Source: Candidatus Woesearchaeota archaeon (GTDB lineage: Archaea; Nanobdellota; Nanobdellia; Pacearchaeales; GW2011-AR1). From it: 52,673 nucleotides of DNA. The number at the start of each line of letters is the position of its first letter. The stretch's first letter is position 1. Positions 25,352-35,387 of this stretch are shown piece by piece. Position numbers and translations under genes: made by a program. The notes below the pieces were generated by a model that worked only from the letters and a program-made list of their open reading frames with translations, was not told where the DNA came from and made no database searches. The stretch spans positions 1 through 52,673 of the forward strand of contig CAYUEW010000001.1 in assembly GCA_964444095.1 (NCBI GenBank). The letters run 5' to 3'.

Positions 25352-26056
25352 TTACTTCGGGATAATTGAAAAAGAAATGTTTTCTTGTTTAGCTTTTTTT
25401 TCAATATTATTTAATATTTCTTTAAGTTGATTATCTGCTTCTTTAGCATTTTCAGATTCTGTTTTGATAAAATATTTTCCTGCAGATAAATATTTCACTT
25501 CAACATCTTTAATATCGCTTAAAATTTTTTTTATTCTTTCCACACCATTTGGTTCAACGGTGGTAAGGGAAAACTTTTTTTGAACGATTATTTTTTTTGA
25601 TTTTTGGGCGTTTAATATCTCTAATATTTTTTTGGCATCTTCTTTGCCGACGAGAGTTTCAAGTTCTGAAGGATTTTCTTTTGATTCTGTTAAAAAAGAA
25701 AATAAACTATCTTCAGTTAATATTTCTTGGATTATTTTCTCTGCTTTTTCTTTTAAAACACCCTTGAGAAGATTTGCATAACTTTTTTCTTGTTTGGCTT
25801 TTTCCAAGACTTCTTTTTTTTCTTTTAATGTTACTCTTCTCAAAGATAAGTCTATATTTCTATCAGACATTCTTAAGACCTTACAGACTATTTTCTTTTT
25901 TGGGACTACATAATCTCGTAGGTTTCTGATTCTTCCTGGAGCAATTTCACTCATTACAATGCTTCCTTCACCATATCCTTCTATGTGAACAAATACAATA
26001 GTTCCAACTATCCTATCAACAGTGCATAAGACAATATCTCCGACTTCTAATTCCAT
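25352..26056 (-). CDS. eif2a: Translation initiation factor aIF2 alpha subunit (short form)
   Basis: N-terminal S1 domain (VGDIVLCTVDRIVGTIVFVHIE...GSIVMSEIAPGRIRNLRDYV..KKIVCKVLRM...IDLSLRRV) followed by helical and alpha-beta domains. Confidence 0.7.
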   Translation of the reverse strand: MELEVGDIVLCTVDRIVGTIVFVHIEGYGEGSIVMSEIAPGRIRNLRDYVVPKKKIVCKVLRMSDRNIDLSLRRVTLKEKKEVLEKAKQEKSYANLLKGVLKEKAEKIIQEILTEDSLFSFLTESKENPSELETLVGKEDAKKILEILNAQKSKKIIVQKKFSLTTVEPNGVERIKKILSDIKDVEVKYLSAGKYFIKTESENAKEADNQLKEILNNIEKKAKQENISFSIIPK

Positions 26057-26080
26057 ATTGTATGGAGAAAAATGGGAGTT

Positions 26081-27424
26081 TTAAACTTTTACTAACTCAA
26101 TTTCTAAACTCTTTTTCAAACTTTCAATGAATTCGTTTTCTTTTGTTTGTTTTATCATTCCCCCTGCTGCTGCTTCATGTCCTCCGACTTCTCCCCCAAT
26201 TTTATCGATTACTGCAGATAACATTTGGCGTAAATTTCTTGTAGTTTCTCCCACATTTCTTGCTGAAATTTTTATGTTGTCTTCGTAATAAGCCATTGTC
26301 GTGATAATCGTGCCATCTGCGTATAATGCAGAGTTGGATAAGATACTTGCAATGGTTCCTATAATTGTATCTTTGATGTTATCTTTTGCATTGATGATTA
26401 CAAAACCTTTGCCTTCCACTCTTTCTGCATCTGCAACAAATTTTAGTCCAGAGATTATAAATTGTTTATATTTGACATGGATTGCTTCTGCTTCTTTTTT
26501 AGCTTGGGGGATTTCCATGCAGAGTTGAAGTGCGATGTCGCTTCTTCCAAGCCGAGAACAAGCATTAACCATAGCACTTAGTTCTCTTGCATCTTCAAGT
26601 TTATTGAAAAATTTTATTAAGAAAATATTCCCTACAATCCCCCGTCGTTTGGCTTGCGGGTTTCTTAACATAATTGAAGTTACTAATCTGGACATTTCTT
26701 CTTCATTTAATTCTATTAAACTTTTGTATCGCCCTTTTTCTGGGGTCAATCCTGCTTCTCGTAATAATTCGAATACCCCTTCTGAATTTCCTGTCACGCC
26801 AGGGATATAAGGATTGGAGCAATATTCTAAAGTTCGATTTAAGGGCCGTGTTGAAGGATACAAGAGCAATCCTCGTTTTTTCTGAATTTCTCCATCAATT
26901 AATACGTCATTATTTAGCCGATTTATGTTTTCATCCATAGAATCTCCCACCATCCCTAAAACTGCTAATTTTGCAAGTTCATTTGCATTAGGGATTAAAT
27001 GCTTGCAGAAAAGATAAGCTAAACAAGAAGCATTCATTTTATGGTCCCCATTTATTTCCGGATTTATAATATGGATTTCTTTTGGAATGTCTGAAGTTAT
27101 TTCATGATGGTCTATAATGAAAACTTCTTTTAATTCTGCTTTTGCAATGTGATGCAAACTTCCCGACGCTAAATCTAGAAATAAAATCAATTTATTTTTT
27201 GGAAGATTAGAAATGAATTTTTCATCCAAAGTTTTAACAATTTTCACAGAGAATTTTTTGTCAAGTTTTTTTAGAGTTTTAATTAGTATTGTTGCAGAAG
27301 TAATGCCGTCTGTGTCAAAATGACTGATGATATACACTTCTTGTCCCTCACTTTTTTCAATGAATAATTTTGCAACGTTTTCTATTTCAGATTCTAAATT
27401 GTTAACCCCTTCCCCTTTTTCCAT
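26081..27424 (-). CDS. recJ: DHH/DHHA1 phosphoesterase, archaeal RecJ/GAN (Cdc45-like)
   Basis: DHH motifs ISHFDTDGITSA, FLDLASG and FIIDHH, plus the DHHA1 block GGHEAAAGG. Confidence 0.75.
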   Translation of the reverse strand: MEKGEGVNNLESEIENVAKLFIEKSEGQEVYIISHFDTDGITSATILIKTLKKLDKKFSVKIVKTLDEKFISNLPKNKLILFLDLASGSLHHIAKAELKEVFIIDHHEITSDIPKEIHIINPEINGDHKMNASCLAYLFCKHLIPNANELAKLAVLGMVGDSMDENINRLNNDVLIDGEIQKKRGLLLYPSTRPLNRTLEYCSNPYIPGVTGNSEGVFELLREAGLTPEKGRYKSLIELNEEEMSRLVTSIMLRNPQAKRRGIVGNIFLIKFFNKLEDARELSAMVNACSRLGRSDIALQLCMEIPQAKKEAEAIHVKYKQFIISGLKFVADAERVEGKGFVIINAKDNIKDTIIGTIASILSNSALYADGTIITTMAYYEDNIKISARNVGETTRNLRQMLSAVIDKIGGEVGGHEAAAGGMIKQTKENEFIESLKKSLEIELVKV

Positions 27425-27439
27425 ATTTTAAATAGAAAT

Positions 27440-27769
27440 TTATACTTTCTTAAAGTATTTCTTGGCTCTTCGTAATTGAGCGAAAATTCTTACCTTTTCT
27501 CTCATAGCCCTTCTGTCTTTTTTGTTTTTTTCAGAGTGTTTCTTAACCCGTTTTAATTTTGTTTCAATGTTCTTTATATCTGGAATAATATATTTATCTC
27601 CAAGAATCTGAGATATCTTTTTTTTGTGTTCTTTCGGATGGATATTTTGTTTTCTTAATTCTTCTCCAATCTTTTCGCTAGTAAGTCCTTTCTCTGCTAG
27701 TTCTAGAACCTTTTTTTCAAATTCTTCTTGAGTTAATTTCTTTGATTTGTCTTTCGTTTTAGTAGGCAT
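27440..27769 (-). CDS. rps15p: 30S ribosomal protein uS15 (S15P/S13e), short form
   Basis: LAEKGLTSEKIGEELRKQ..IP, HSEKNKKDRRAMR and L....RRAKKYF blocks. The ATG at 27769 (MPTKTK) is preferred. Confidence 0.7.
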   Translation of the reverse strand: MPTKTKDKSKKLTQEEFEKKVLELAEKGLTSEKIGEELRKQNIHPKEHKKKISQILGDKYIIPDIKNIETKLKRVKKHSEKNKKDRRAMREKVRIFAQLRRAKKYFKKV

Positions 27770-27854
27770 TTTAGTAAATCGCAATTTAATCTTTTAAACT
27801 TTGCTATACCCTCTTTAATGAAAATTATTTAAACAATCTTTATTTTTGTATGCT

Positions 27855-28640
27855 ATGGGGATGACAATTGGGGTGTTGAGTCTGAAGGGAGGTGTTGGAA
27901 AAACTTCTGTTGTATCTTCTTTAGGAGACGCTTTGTCTGGTTTTGGAAGAAAAGTTTTATTGATTGATGGAAATGTTTCTGCTCCGAATCTTGGTTTGCA
28001 CTTGAATGTTATCGATCCAGAGGTGACTATTCATCATGTTCTTATGAGAAAAGCTAATGCCAACAAAGCAATTTACAAAGTAGATAACCTCGACGTGATT
28101 CCTGCGTCTTTGACAGAAAATCCAACTAATTTACTTAAATTAAGGAATAGAATAAGGAGTTTGAAAAAAAATTATGATGTCATTCTTATTGATTCGCCCC
28201 CTGCTTTGAATGAAGAAGCTATGGGAGTAATCCTTGCCTCTGATAAACTTCTTTTAGTAACTACACCAGATTACCCTGCTGTGAAAACTAGTATACAGAC
28301 TATTAAACTTGCTAAACAACAAGGATTGCCTATCATTGGAATGGTATTAAATAAGGTCCATAATAAAGAATTTGAGATAAATATAGGAGATATTGAAGAG
28401 ATGGCGCAGATTCCGGTAATGGCTATGATCCCTCACGATGTTAATATTTTGAAAGCGCTTTCAAACTTTATGCCTTCTACAAAATATAAGCCAAATTCTA
28501 ATGCGAGCAAAGAATATAGGAAATTAGCAGCAACTTTGATTGGAGAAAAATATTCTGGGCGTAGATTTAATTTTTTGAAGCAGACTCCTAAAAGGCATGA
28601 ACTTAATCGAGAAATTTATTATGAAAGAATTTTTAAATGA
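27855..28640 (+). CDS. MinD/ParA-family P-loop ATPase
   Basis: Deviant Walker A SLKGGVGKTS, Walker B-like ILIDSPP and a ParA-type fold. The start is ambiguous (27855 or 27861). Confidence 0.75.
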   Translation: MGMTIGVLSLKGGVGKTSVVSSLGDALSGFGRKVLLIDGNVSAPNLGLHLNVIDPEVTIHHVLMRKANANKAIYKVDNLDVIPASLTENPTNLLKLRNRIRSLKKNYDVILIDSPPALNEEAMGVILASDKLLLVTTPDYPAVKTSIQTIKLAKQQGLPIIGMVLNKVHNKEFEINIGDIEEMAQIPVMAMIPHDVNILKALSNFMPSTKYKPNSNASKEYRKLAATLIGEKYSGRRFNFLKQTPKRHELNREIYYERIFK

Positions 28641-28660
28641 TTAGCCATTAAATTTTTCAT

Positions 28661-28733
28661 AGCCCCATAGTACAGTGGTCAAGTATACTGCCCTTTGAAG
28701 GCAGTGACCCAGGTTCGAATCCTGGTGGGGCTA
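28661..28733 (+). tRNA. tRNA-Gln (anticodon UUG)
   Basis: Hand-folded cloverleaf: acceptor AGCCCCA/TGGGGCT, anticodon arm CTGCC-CTTTGAA-GGCAG, T arm CCAGG-TTCGAAT-CCTGG. Confidence 0.85.
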
Positions 28734-29354
28734 TTAATGCTTATATCTTCCTCTTTTTTCAACTGCTGTTAATCTTTCAAGGATTATTTTTGCGTCTGGA
28801 TTTTTTTTATAACCTTTAATGACTTCCTTAACTAGCGCTTCCCAGTGTTTGAAATGTTTTGCTTCGAGTGCTTGTTTTAGAAGATGTAAGTCAACGGCTT
28901 TGTCTTCGTATTTGTGGCTAATGAATCCCAATCCGAAATCAATAAAATGAATTTCTTTTTCTTTTAGAATCATATTGCTTGTTGTTAAGTCTCCGTGGAT
29001 TATATCTTGGCTGTGGAGTTTTGCAATGCTTTCTCCCATTTGTTTGCAGAGTTGTTTTTGTTTTGCAAGAGGAAATGAATCAAGATACTCGGAAAGTTTT
29101 TGTCCTTTGATGAACGGCATTTGAATTTGGAATTTATTTTCTTGAGAAGAATTAATTATTGGAGAAGGCGAGTTAATGAGTTTAGATGCTTTGTCTAAAA
29201 GTTTTGTTTCGCTTTTGGTTCGTCGTCTTCGGATTTGTTCGTCTAATTCTTTTAGGCGGTATGTTTTTGGAATTCTGTCTTTTGTGACAAGATTATCTAA
29301 GAGAAGTATTTTTGCTTCTGCTCCTTGGGCTATTAGTTTTTGTTGGGGAGTCAT
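28734..29354 (-). CDS. bud32: Bud32/PRPK-type atypical kinase (KEOPS subunit)
   Basis: GAEAKI, the catalytic loop IIHGDLTTSNMI, the IDFGLG motif and an RGRYK C-terminus. About 200 aa. Confidence 0.8.
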   Translation of the reverse strand: MTPQQKLIAQGAEAKILLLDNLVTKDRIPKTYRLKELDEQIRRRRTKSETKLLDKASKLINSPSPIINSSQENKFQIQMPFIKGQKLSEYLDSFPLAKQKQLCKQMGESIAKLHSQDIIHGDLTTSNMILKEKEIHFIDFGLGFISHKYEDKAVDLHLLKQALEAKHFKHWEALVKEVIKGYKKNPDAKIILERLTAVEKRGRYKH

Positions 29355-29452
29355 AGGAGAAAGAAGGAGAAGGAGATTTTAAGATCTTCTGATTTGATTT
29401 TACAAAGGATTTATTAAGAAAGTTTTATAAAATCTTTTATATTTAATTATCT

Positions 29453-29740
29453 ATGGTCAAAAAGAATTCTGGAATGGCTGTTGCATCATTAGTTCTTGGG
29501 CTTTGTTCTCTATTTTTATTTTGGACATTTGTTATCCCAGTTTTAGCAGTAGTATTTGGATTTGTGGGATTGAGCAATATCAAGCATAATCCTAATTTAG
29601 TTGGAAAAAAGATGGCGGTTTGGGGAATTTCTTTAGGAGCAATTTGGTTTATATTTTTTATAATTTTAATCTTGATTGGGGTTAGTTGGGCAGTTCTTAG
29701 GAATGTTTTAACAGCGGGATTTTTTCTTAGTCTTTTTTAA
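29453..29740 (+). CDS. Small membrane protein (DUF4190-like)
   Basis: 95 aa, 2-3 TM, with a GMAVASLVLGLCSLFL-type N-terminus. Confidence 0.45.
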   Translation: MVKKNSGMAVASLVLGLCSLFLFWTFVIPVLAVVFGFVGLSNIKHNPNLVGKKMAVWGISLGAIWFIFFIILILIGVSWAVLRNVLTAGFFLSLF

Positions 29741-31110
29741 AACTTCATCTTTTTTCCTTTACCAAACTTCTTTGCCATTTTCATTAATTGCTTTTGGCTT
29801 ATTCCTTGCGACATGTCCATAGTATTACCTGACTTCACCATCTCGTTCAACATTTTGTATTGTTTTAGTAAAGAACGAACATGACTTGTGCTAACTCCTG
29901 CACCATTGGCAACACGCGAAATCCTAGAAGTTTGTTTTTCTAATAATTCTGGATTATCTTTTTCTTCTTGAGTCATACTCTTTATAATGTGCTCCCATTT
30001 CGCAATCTTTTCTTCTTGTCCTTCCATCATGCCTTCTGGAACTTTTGCTTTTACTCCAGAAAGTCCTGGAATCATGCTCTTAATTTTGTCAAAACCACCA
30101 AGAGAGCCCATAGACTTCACCTGTTCAACAACATCTTCTAAAGATAATTTCCCTTCTTCAATTCTTTTTTGAGTTGCTTTTTGTGTATCCTCGTTTGTTA
30201 CAGATTTAATCTTTTCAATTAATGTTTGTAAGTCGCCCATGCCGAGAAGCCGTGACAAAAATGCTTCTGGATTGAATTCTTCTAAATCATTTACCTTTTC
30301 TCCTGTTCCAATAAAATAAACTGGTGCTTTGGCTTCTGCAGATGCAGTCAACGCTCCGCCAGCTTTAGCAGTTGAATCCATTCTCGTGATAATAACTCCA
30401 GAAATGTTCATAGCCTCTGTGAATTCTTGCGCTTGCTGTTTTGCTGCTTGTCCAATGTCTGCAGGCATAACCAAAATTGTCTCAGTCGGCTTAATCTCTT
30501 TGTTCAACTCTTTGATTTCTTTAATTAATTCTTTATCTAAAGTATGACGCCCAGCAGTATCAATCAAAATCAAGTTGTAATCTTTTAACTCCTTTTTATA
30601 TTTCTTCCAAATTTTTATAGGGTCTTTTTCAGCAGGTTCTATGAAGCAATTTAGTTTATGTTTTTCTGCAAGTTGTTTCAGCTGTTCTGGCGCTGCAGGA
30701 CGATGTACATCTAATCCAATCAACGCAACTTTGTTTCCCCTTTTAGCAAAATAATTCCCTATCTTTGAAATAGTGGTTGTTTTCCCTGCTCCGTAAAGTC
30801 CAAGCAACAAAATCCTATTCTGCCCCTTTTGCAATTTTAATTGTTTTTGCTCTCCAAGAATATGTATTAATTCATCATGAAGAATTTTTATAAGATGCTC
30901 TTTTTTCTCTATTCCCTTAATCCGCTCATCAAGTGCTTCTTTCTTAATTTTATCGCTCAATTGCTTAACAAGAATAACATTTACATCTGCTTCTATTAAA
31001 GCTCTTTGCAAATCCCGAATAATTGAATCTACTAAATCCTTATCTAAAAAGAGGCTGTTTGCTATCTTATTTGTTGCTTTTCTAAGAACCTCGCCTAGTT
31101 TTTCTAACAT
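29737..31110 (-). CDS. srp54: Signal recognition particle protein SRP54
   Basis: N and G domains (GLYGAGKTTT, DTAGR, TRMD) and a Met-rich M domain. Confidence 0.9.
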   Translation of the reverse strand: MLEKLGEVLRKATNKIANSLFLDKDLVDSIIRDLQRALIEADVNVILVKQLSDKIKKEALDERIKGIEKKEHLIKILHDELIHILGEQKQLKLQKGQNRILLLGLYGAGKTTTISKIGNYFAKRGNKVALIGLDVHRPAAPEQLKQLAEKHKLNCFIEPAEKDPIKIWKKYKKELKDYNLILIDTAGRHTLDKELIKEIKELNKEIKPTETILVMPADIGQAAKQQAQEFTEAMNISGVIITRMDSTAKAGGALTASAEAKAPVYFIGTGEKVNDLEEFNPEAFLSRLLGMGDLQTLIEKIKSVTNEDTQKATQKRIEEGKLSLEDVVEQVKSMGSLGGFDKIKSMIPGLSGVKAKVPEGMMEGQEEKIAKWEHIIKSMTQEEKDNPELLEKQTSRISRVANGAGVSTSHVRSLLKQYKMLNEMVKSGNTMDMSQGISQKQLMKMAKKFGKGKKMKF

Positions 31111-31132
31111 ATAAAAACAAGTGAATTAAGAA

Positions 31133-32149
31133 TTAATAAGGTTTTGGTTCGAAAATCTCATCAATAACTTCAAAATCATCAGAGATTAAATCAGCAAAAC
31201 TAGGATATTTATCTGCACCTGAATAATAAAATCTTATTGTATTTTTTTTAATTGGGATTGCCCCACAACCAAAAATTACATTTGGTACTTCTGGGAGATA
31301 ATCCCCTCTTCCAATTTCAAAATCTAATTCAGGTTTAATTAAAGGAGAAATAGACCTTTCCAAAATCTTTTTTGGATTTTTCTCATCTGCGAATATATAC
31401 CCCATTTTATAGGTGTTTGTTTTTTTATCTGCACCATGGTATAACATAAATAAAACTTTTCCATATTTTTTGTGTTCACATTTTATCGCAGGAGTGTTTA
31501 TTCCAACTCTTGCATCATCCCACATGTCTTTTCTTGGTAATAAATAATCTTTAAATTCTCCAAATTTTAGTGGATTTAAATTTTCTACTCTTGCTATTTG
31601 TGCACAAGGAGTTTCATTTGATTTTCCAATAAAGGGTCTGTCAATAATGAAGTTGTAAATTTCATTATTAAAAAATAAAGCATTTTTGTTTTCCTGTTTA
31701 TTATTTAAAATAATTTGCCTATCATAATATTCCTTGAAATTTTTTGTTTTTGCTAATCCTGTTCTTATAACGTTTTTGTTGTTTTCAACTCCCTTGTATG
31801 CTGTGAAAGTTATAAAATATTCATTACCTATTTGAGTTATTCTTGCATCTTCAGTAGCAGTTTTGGCATCCTCATCCAATTCAATAAAAGGTTTTTTTTC
31901 TAATTCAAAATCTTTCCCATTTTTACTCCATGCTAAAAATAAACCACTATTTTCTGAATTATATCTTATAGTGTATAACAATCCTATTTTGTTCTCATAA
32001 AGGAATGCAGCAGGGTTTCTTATTGAAGAATAACCTTCTTGAACAAGATTTAATATTGGTTTTCCAAATTTATGAACCTCAATTGAAGTTAAGGTATTTT
32101 CTAAATTAGAATTCTTTGTGTTAATAAAATCAGGACATCCCTTTTCCAT
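31133..32149 (-). CDS. GH130/DUF377-like beta-propeller glycosidase or phosphorylase
   Basis: NPAAFLYENKIGLLYTIR and TEDARITQIGNEYFITFTAY blocks resemble the GH130 family (by eye). Confidence 0.5.
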   Translation of the reverse strand: MEKGCPDFINTKNSNLENTLTSIEVHKFGKPILNLVQEGYSSIRNPAAFLYENKIGLLYTIRYNSENSGLFLAWSKNGKDFELEKKPFIELDEDAKTATEDARITQIGNEYFITFTAYKGVENNKNVIRTGLAKTKNFKEYYDRQIILNNKQENKNALFFNNEIYNFIIDRPFIGKSNETPCAQIARVENLNPLKFGEFKDYLLPRKDMWDDARVGINTPAIKCEHKKYGKVLFMLYHGADKKTNTYKMGYIFADEKNPKKILERSISPLIKPELDFEIGRGDYLPEVPNVIFGCGAIPIKKNTIRFYYSGADKYPSFADLISDDFEVIDEIFEPKPY

Positions 32150-32254
32150 TACAAAATGTTCAGTTATTTGGGGTTCTTAAGCATATGTTATATAGGAAAT
32201 TGACATCAGAATAATTTGAGGGTAAAGAAGAAATTATTAAGTTTTTGGGTATGT

Positions 32255-33361
32255 TTATAGTCCTAATCTTTGGATGAATTTTTCTTTGTCAAAAGGTTCT
32301 ATCTTATCATATGCCTGCCCTGTTCCGAGATAGTAAATTGGTTTCTTTGTTATATAGCCTACAGACAATGCTGTGCCACCTTTTTCATCAATGTCTGCTT
32401 TTGTTAGAACAATTCCATCAATCCCAATTGCCCAATCAAAACTTTTGACCTGCTCTATTGCATCGTTCCCAGTTATACTTTCTCCAACAAAAAGTTTTAA
32501 GTCTGGTTTGCAAACTCTTGAAATCTTTTCGATTTCTTTCAAAAGGTTTTTTTCAGTATACATCCTTCCTGCAGTATCTATTAAGACACAATCAATAAAA
32601 TTCTTTTTTGCATATTTAATCGCGTCAAATCCTACTGCGGCAGGGTCTGCTCCATATTCATGTGTGATAACCTTCACTCCAATTTTTTCTCCATGTTCTT
32701 TTAATTGTTCTATTGAAGCTGCTCGAAACGTGTCAGCAGCAGCGAGAACGCAAGAGTTTCCTACACTTTTCAAATGCTCTGCAATTTTCGCGATTGTGGT
32801 AGTTTTACCTGAACCGTTTATTCCGCAAAAGAGTATAACATAAGGGTCTTTTGATTGGTCCAAAAGTTTTTCTTTTATTTGCTTTGTTAAGTTTGGCGTG
32901 TCAACGAGGATTCTACGAATGATGTCTTTGAATATGTCTTTTATTTCATCTTCAATTTCTTTTTTTAACAATTCTTTTCCCACAATATTTTCTTTAAGTT
33001 CTTGAATCATTTTTTCAGCTACTTCTAAAGCAACATTGTTTTCCAAGAGCAACATTTCAAGTTCTTCTGCGTAAACCTCAAACGCTTTTTCAGAAATCTT
33101 AATCTTTGAGCCCTTTGTTTTTAATTTATTAAAAAAAGATTCTTTTCCCTCTGATTCCTCTTTAATTTCTTCTTTTGTGATTTCTTCAAGTTTCTCTAAA
33201 TCTGGTTCATATTTTTTTGCGCCAGCATTAAATTTCATGGGAAGTTCTACTTCTTTGATTTCTTTTTTAGTTTCTTTTATTTCTGGAGTCTCTTCTATTT
33301 CTTCTGAAATTTTCTTTGTCCAGCTTTTGATTTTGTCTTTTAACTTCCCAAACATATTCAT
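32255..33361 (-). CDS. ftsY: SRP receptor FtsY
   Basis: Acidic N-terminal region and an NG domain with GINGSGKTTT, DTAGR and TKAD. Confidence 0.9.
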   Translation of the reverse strand: MNMFGKLKDKIKSWTKKISEEIEETPEIKETKKEIKEVELPMKFNAGAKKYEPDLEKLEEITKEEIKEESEGKESFFNKLKTKGSKIKISEKAFEVYAEELEMLLLENNVALEVAEKMIQELKENIVGKELLKKEIEDEIKDIFKDIIRRILVDTPNLTKQIKEKLLDQSKDPYVILFCGINGSGKTTTIAKIAEHLKSVGNSCVLAAADTFRAASIEQLKEHGEKIGVKVITHEYGADPAAVGFDAIKYAKKNFIDCVLIDTAGRMYTEKNLLKEIEKISRVCKPDLKLFVGESITGNDAIEQVKSFDWAIGIDGIVLTKADIDEKGGTALSVGYITKKPIYYLGTGQAYDKIEPFDKEKFIQRLGL

Positions 33362-33432
33362 CTGATGCCCGAGAGATTTATAATATTTTTCATTAACTAA
33401 ATTTTTATAAAGAAGAAGGGTATATTAAAGAC

Positions 33433-34674
33433 ATGAAGGGAATACTGGTTATTATTGATGGAATGGGTGATTTGCCTTGTAAGCAATTGGGGGATAAAAC
33501 TCCTTTGGAAGCAGCAAATACGCCTAACATGGATTTTTTTGCTACGCGTGGAGAGATGGGTTACATGTATCCAGTGAGGCCTAGTTTTATTCCAGAATCA
33601 GATGAAGCGATTGTTTCAATTTTTGGCAATGAATTGATTTCAAGTACTCGGGGACAATTAGAAGTAAGGGGAACAGATCTTAATTTGACAAGAGGAGATT
33701 TGGCTTTGAGAGTTAATTTTGCTACAATAGATTCATTAGAAAAAGGAAATGTGATTGATAGACGAGCAGGGAGAACCTTAACAAATGTAGAAGCAGAATC
33801 CTTAGCAAAGGCAATTAATAATATAAAATTGCCATGTGATTTTGTTTTTGAACCCACAATTCAGCACAGAGCAGTATTAGTTTTTAGGGGGGGCTTTTCA
33901 GATAATATTTCTGGAAATGATTTAACTTACAATCAGGGTAAATCCGCGGAGATAAATAAAATAAAATTATGTGAACCCTTAGATGAAGAGGAGAATTCTC
34001 AGTATACTGCTAATTTGGTGAATGAATTTTTAGAAAGAGTGCATGAAATTTTAGAGAAACATCCAGTAAATGAAGCAAGAAGAAAGAGAGGGTTGTTACC
34101 TGCAAATTATTTGTTTGTAAGGGGCGCAGGAATTGAACCGCCGAAATTGAAATTGTATAAAAAATGGATTTCTACTAATTATATGCCTTTAGAAATTGGT
34201 TTTTCAAGAGTTTGTGGGATGAAAAATTTTGCATTTGAATACCCTTCCTTGAAGAGTTTAGATGCTTATGCAAATCTTCATGAAGGATTGGCAAAAGCTT
34301 GCAAGTTCACAATTAAAATTTTGAAGAAACACCATAAACAAGCAGATTATGCATATATTCATCTTAAAGAAACAGATTTGGCAGGACATGACAATAAACC
34401 TTTTGAAAAAAAGGGAATGATAGAATATATTGATAAAACAGTATTTAAATTTTTAAAGAAATTTGCTCCTCCGAACAAAATTAAAATAGTTGTAACCGCA
34501 GACCATTCTACTCCTTGTAAGTTAAAGAAACATTCTGCAGATCCTGTGCCTGTTCTTTTTTATAATGATTCTGCATTAAAAGAAAAAAAGTTTTGTGAAC
34601 GAGAAGCAAGAAGGGGCACGCTTGGGCGAATGACTGGGAAAGAATTATTGACAAAAGTGGGATTTGTGAAGTAG
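33433..34674 (+). CDS. apgM: Cofactor-independent phosphoglycerate mutase, archaeal type (ApgM)
   Basis: GILVIIDGMGD N-terminus, the metal-binding blocks TDLAGHD and VVTADHSTP, and about 410 aa. Confidence 0.8.
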   Translation: MKGILVIIDGMGDLPCKQLGDKTPLEAANTPNMDFFATRGEMGYMYPVRPSFIPESDEAIVSIFGNELISSTRGQLEVRGTDLNLTRGDLALRVNFATIDSLEKGNVIDRRAGRTLTNVEAESLAKAINNIKLPCDFVFEPTIQHRAVLVFRGGFSDNISGNDLTYNQGKSAEINKIKLCEPLDEEENSQYTANLVNEFLERVHEILEKHPVNEARRKRGLLPANYLFVRGAGIEPPKLKLYKKWISTNYMPLEIGFSRVCGMKNFAFEYPSLKSLDAYANLHEGLAKACKFTIKILKKHHKQADYAYIHLKETDLAGHDNKPFEKKGMIEYIDKTVFKFLKKFAPPNKIKIVVTADHSTPCKLKKHSADPVPVLFYNDSALKEKKFCEREARRGTLGRMTGKELLTKVGFVK

Positions 34675-34745
34675 AAATTAGGGTGTTTTTATGAGGTGTA
34701 TTTTACTATAGTAATGATTAAATATCTTCTAATTTTAGGTTTTCT

Positions 34746-35303
34746 ATGATAATATATAGTGACATTTATGAGGCAGCAAGAAAGGAGAGATATTCTGAGC
34801 AATTACAAAAACTATCTAAAAGTTTCATTAAAGACGTTGCAATTTATATGCAAGAGAAAAAAGGAATTGCTGCTAAGGAAGATGATTCTTTTTCAGAAGT
34901 AATAATTAAAACTAAGAAACAATTAGAGAATGCTACGACTTTATTTAAGGAGCTTGTAACAAGACGAAGAAAAAAGATTTTGAATTTGGTTTTAATTGCT
35001 GCGGAAACAGGAATTGCCAAACAAGATTTTGAAAATATGTTTGTTTTTGAGAAAAAATTATTTGAAGAGTTAATGAAATGTATAGATATATCAGATAAAG
35101 AATTGGGAGTTATGTTTAATGGAGGGAAGATTCAAGAAGCGCAGAAGAATGATATGATTGTTTTTAATGAGGATGTTGAAGAATTTGTGGGATTGGATGG
35201 GGAAAAAATGGGGGGATTTGAAAAAGGGCAAATCGTGAATATCCCTAAAGAAATTGCAAATATTTTAATTGAAGACAAGAAGGCAGAAAAGGTTGAAGAA
35301 TAG
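34746..35303 (+). CDS. GINS subunit-like protein (Gins51/Gins15 type)
   Basis: 185 aa. The N-terminal pattern ...ARKERYSEQLQKLSKSFIKDVAIYM... and RRRKKILNLVLIAA resemble archaeal GINS A-domains. This is a by-eye assignment. Confidence 0.45.
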   Translation: MIIYSDIYEAARKERYSEQLQKLSKSFIKDVAIYMQEKKGIAAKEDDSFSEVIIKTKKQLENATTLFKELVTRRRKKILNLVLIAAETGIAKQDFENMFVFEKKLFEELMKCIDISDKELGVMFNGGKIQEAQKNDMIVFNEDVEEFVGLDGEKMGGFEKGQIVNIPKEIANILIEDKKAEKVEE

Positions 35304-35318
35304 TTTTGAATAGGTATG

Positions 35319-35333
35319 CGAAACATTTAAATA
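35319..35333 (+). promoter_or_regulatory. BRE/TATA-like promoter element (cgaaacatttaaata)
   Basis: Same consensus as the element at 5084. It ends 55 nt upstream of the ATG at 35388, implying a leader that contains the two inverted repeats. Confidence 0.45.
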
Positions 35334-35336
35334 GTC

Positions 35337-35376
35337 TTATGAATAAGTATTCATAATTAAATATGTGCTTAGCACA
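35337..35376 (+). promoter_or_regulatory. Two inverted repeats in the operon leader (ttatgaat-aagt-attcataa; tgtgct-t-agcaca)
   Basis: Perfect 8-4-8 repeat at 35337-35356 and perfect 6-1-6 repeat at 35364-35376, between the TATA-like box and the GGAG RBS. Confidence 0.4.
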
Positions 35377-35387
35377 GGAGAAATAAA

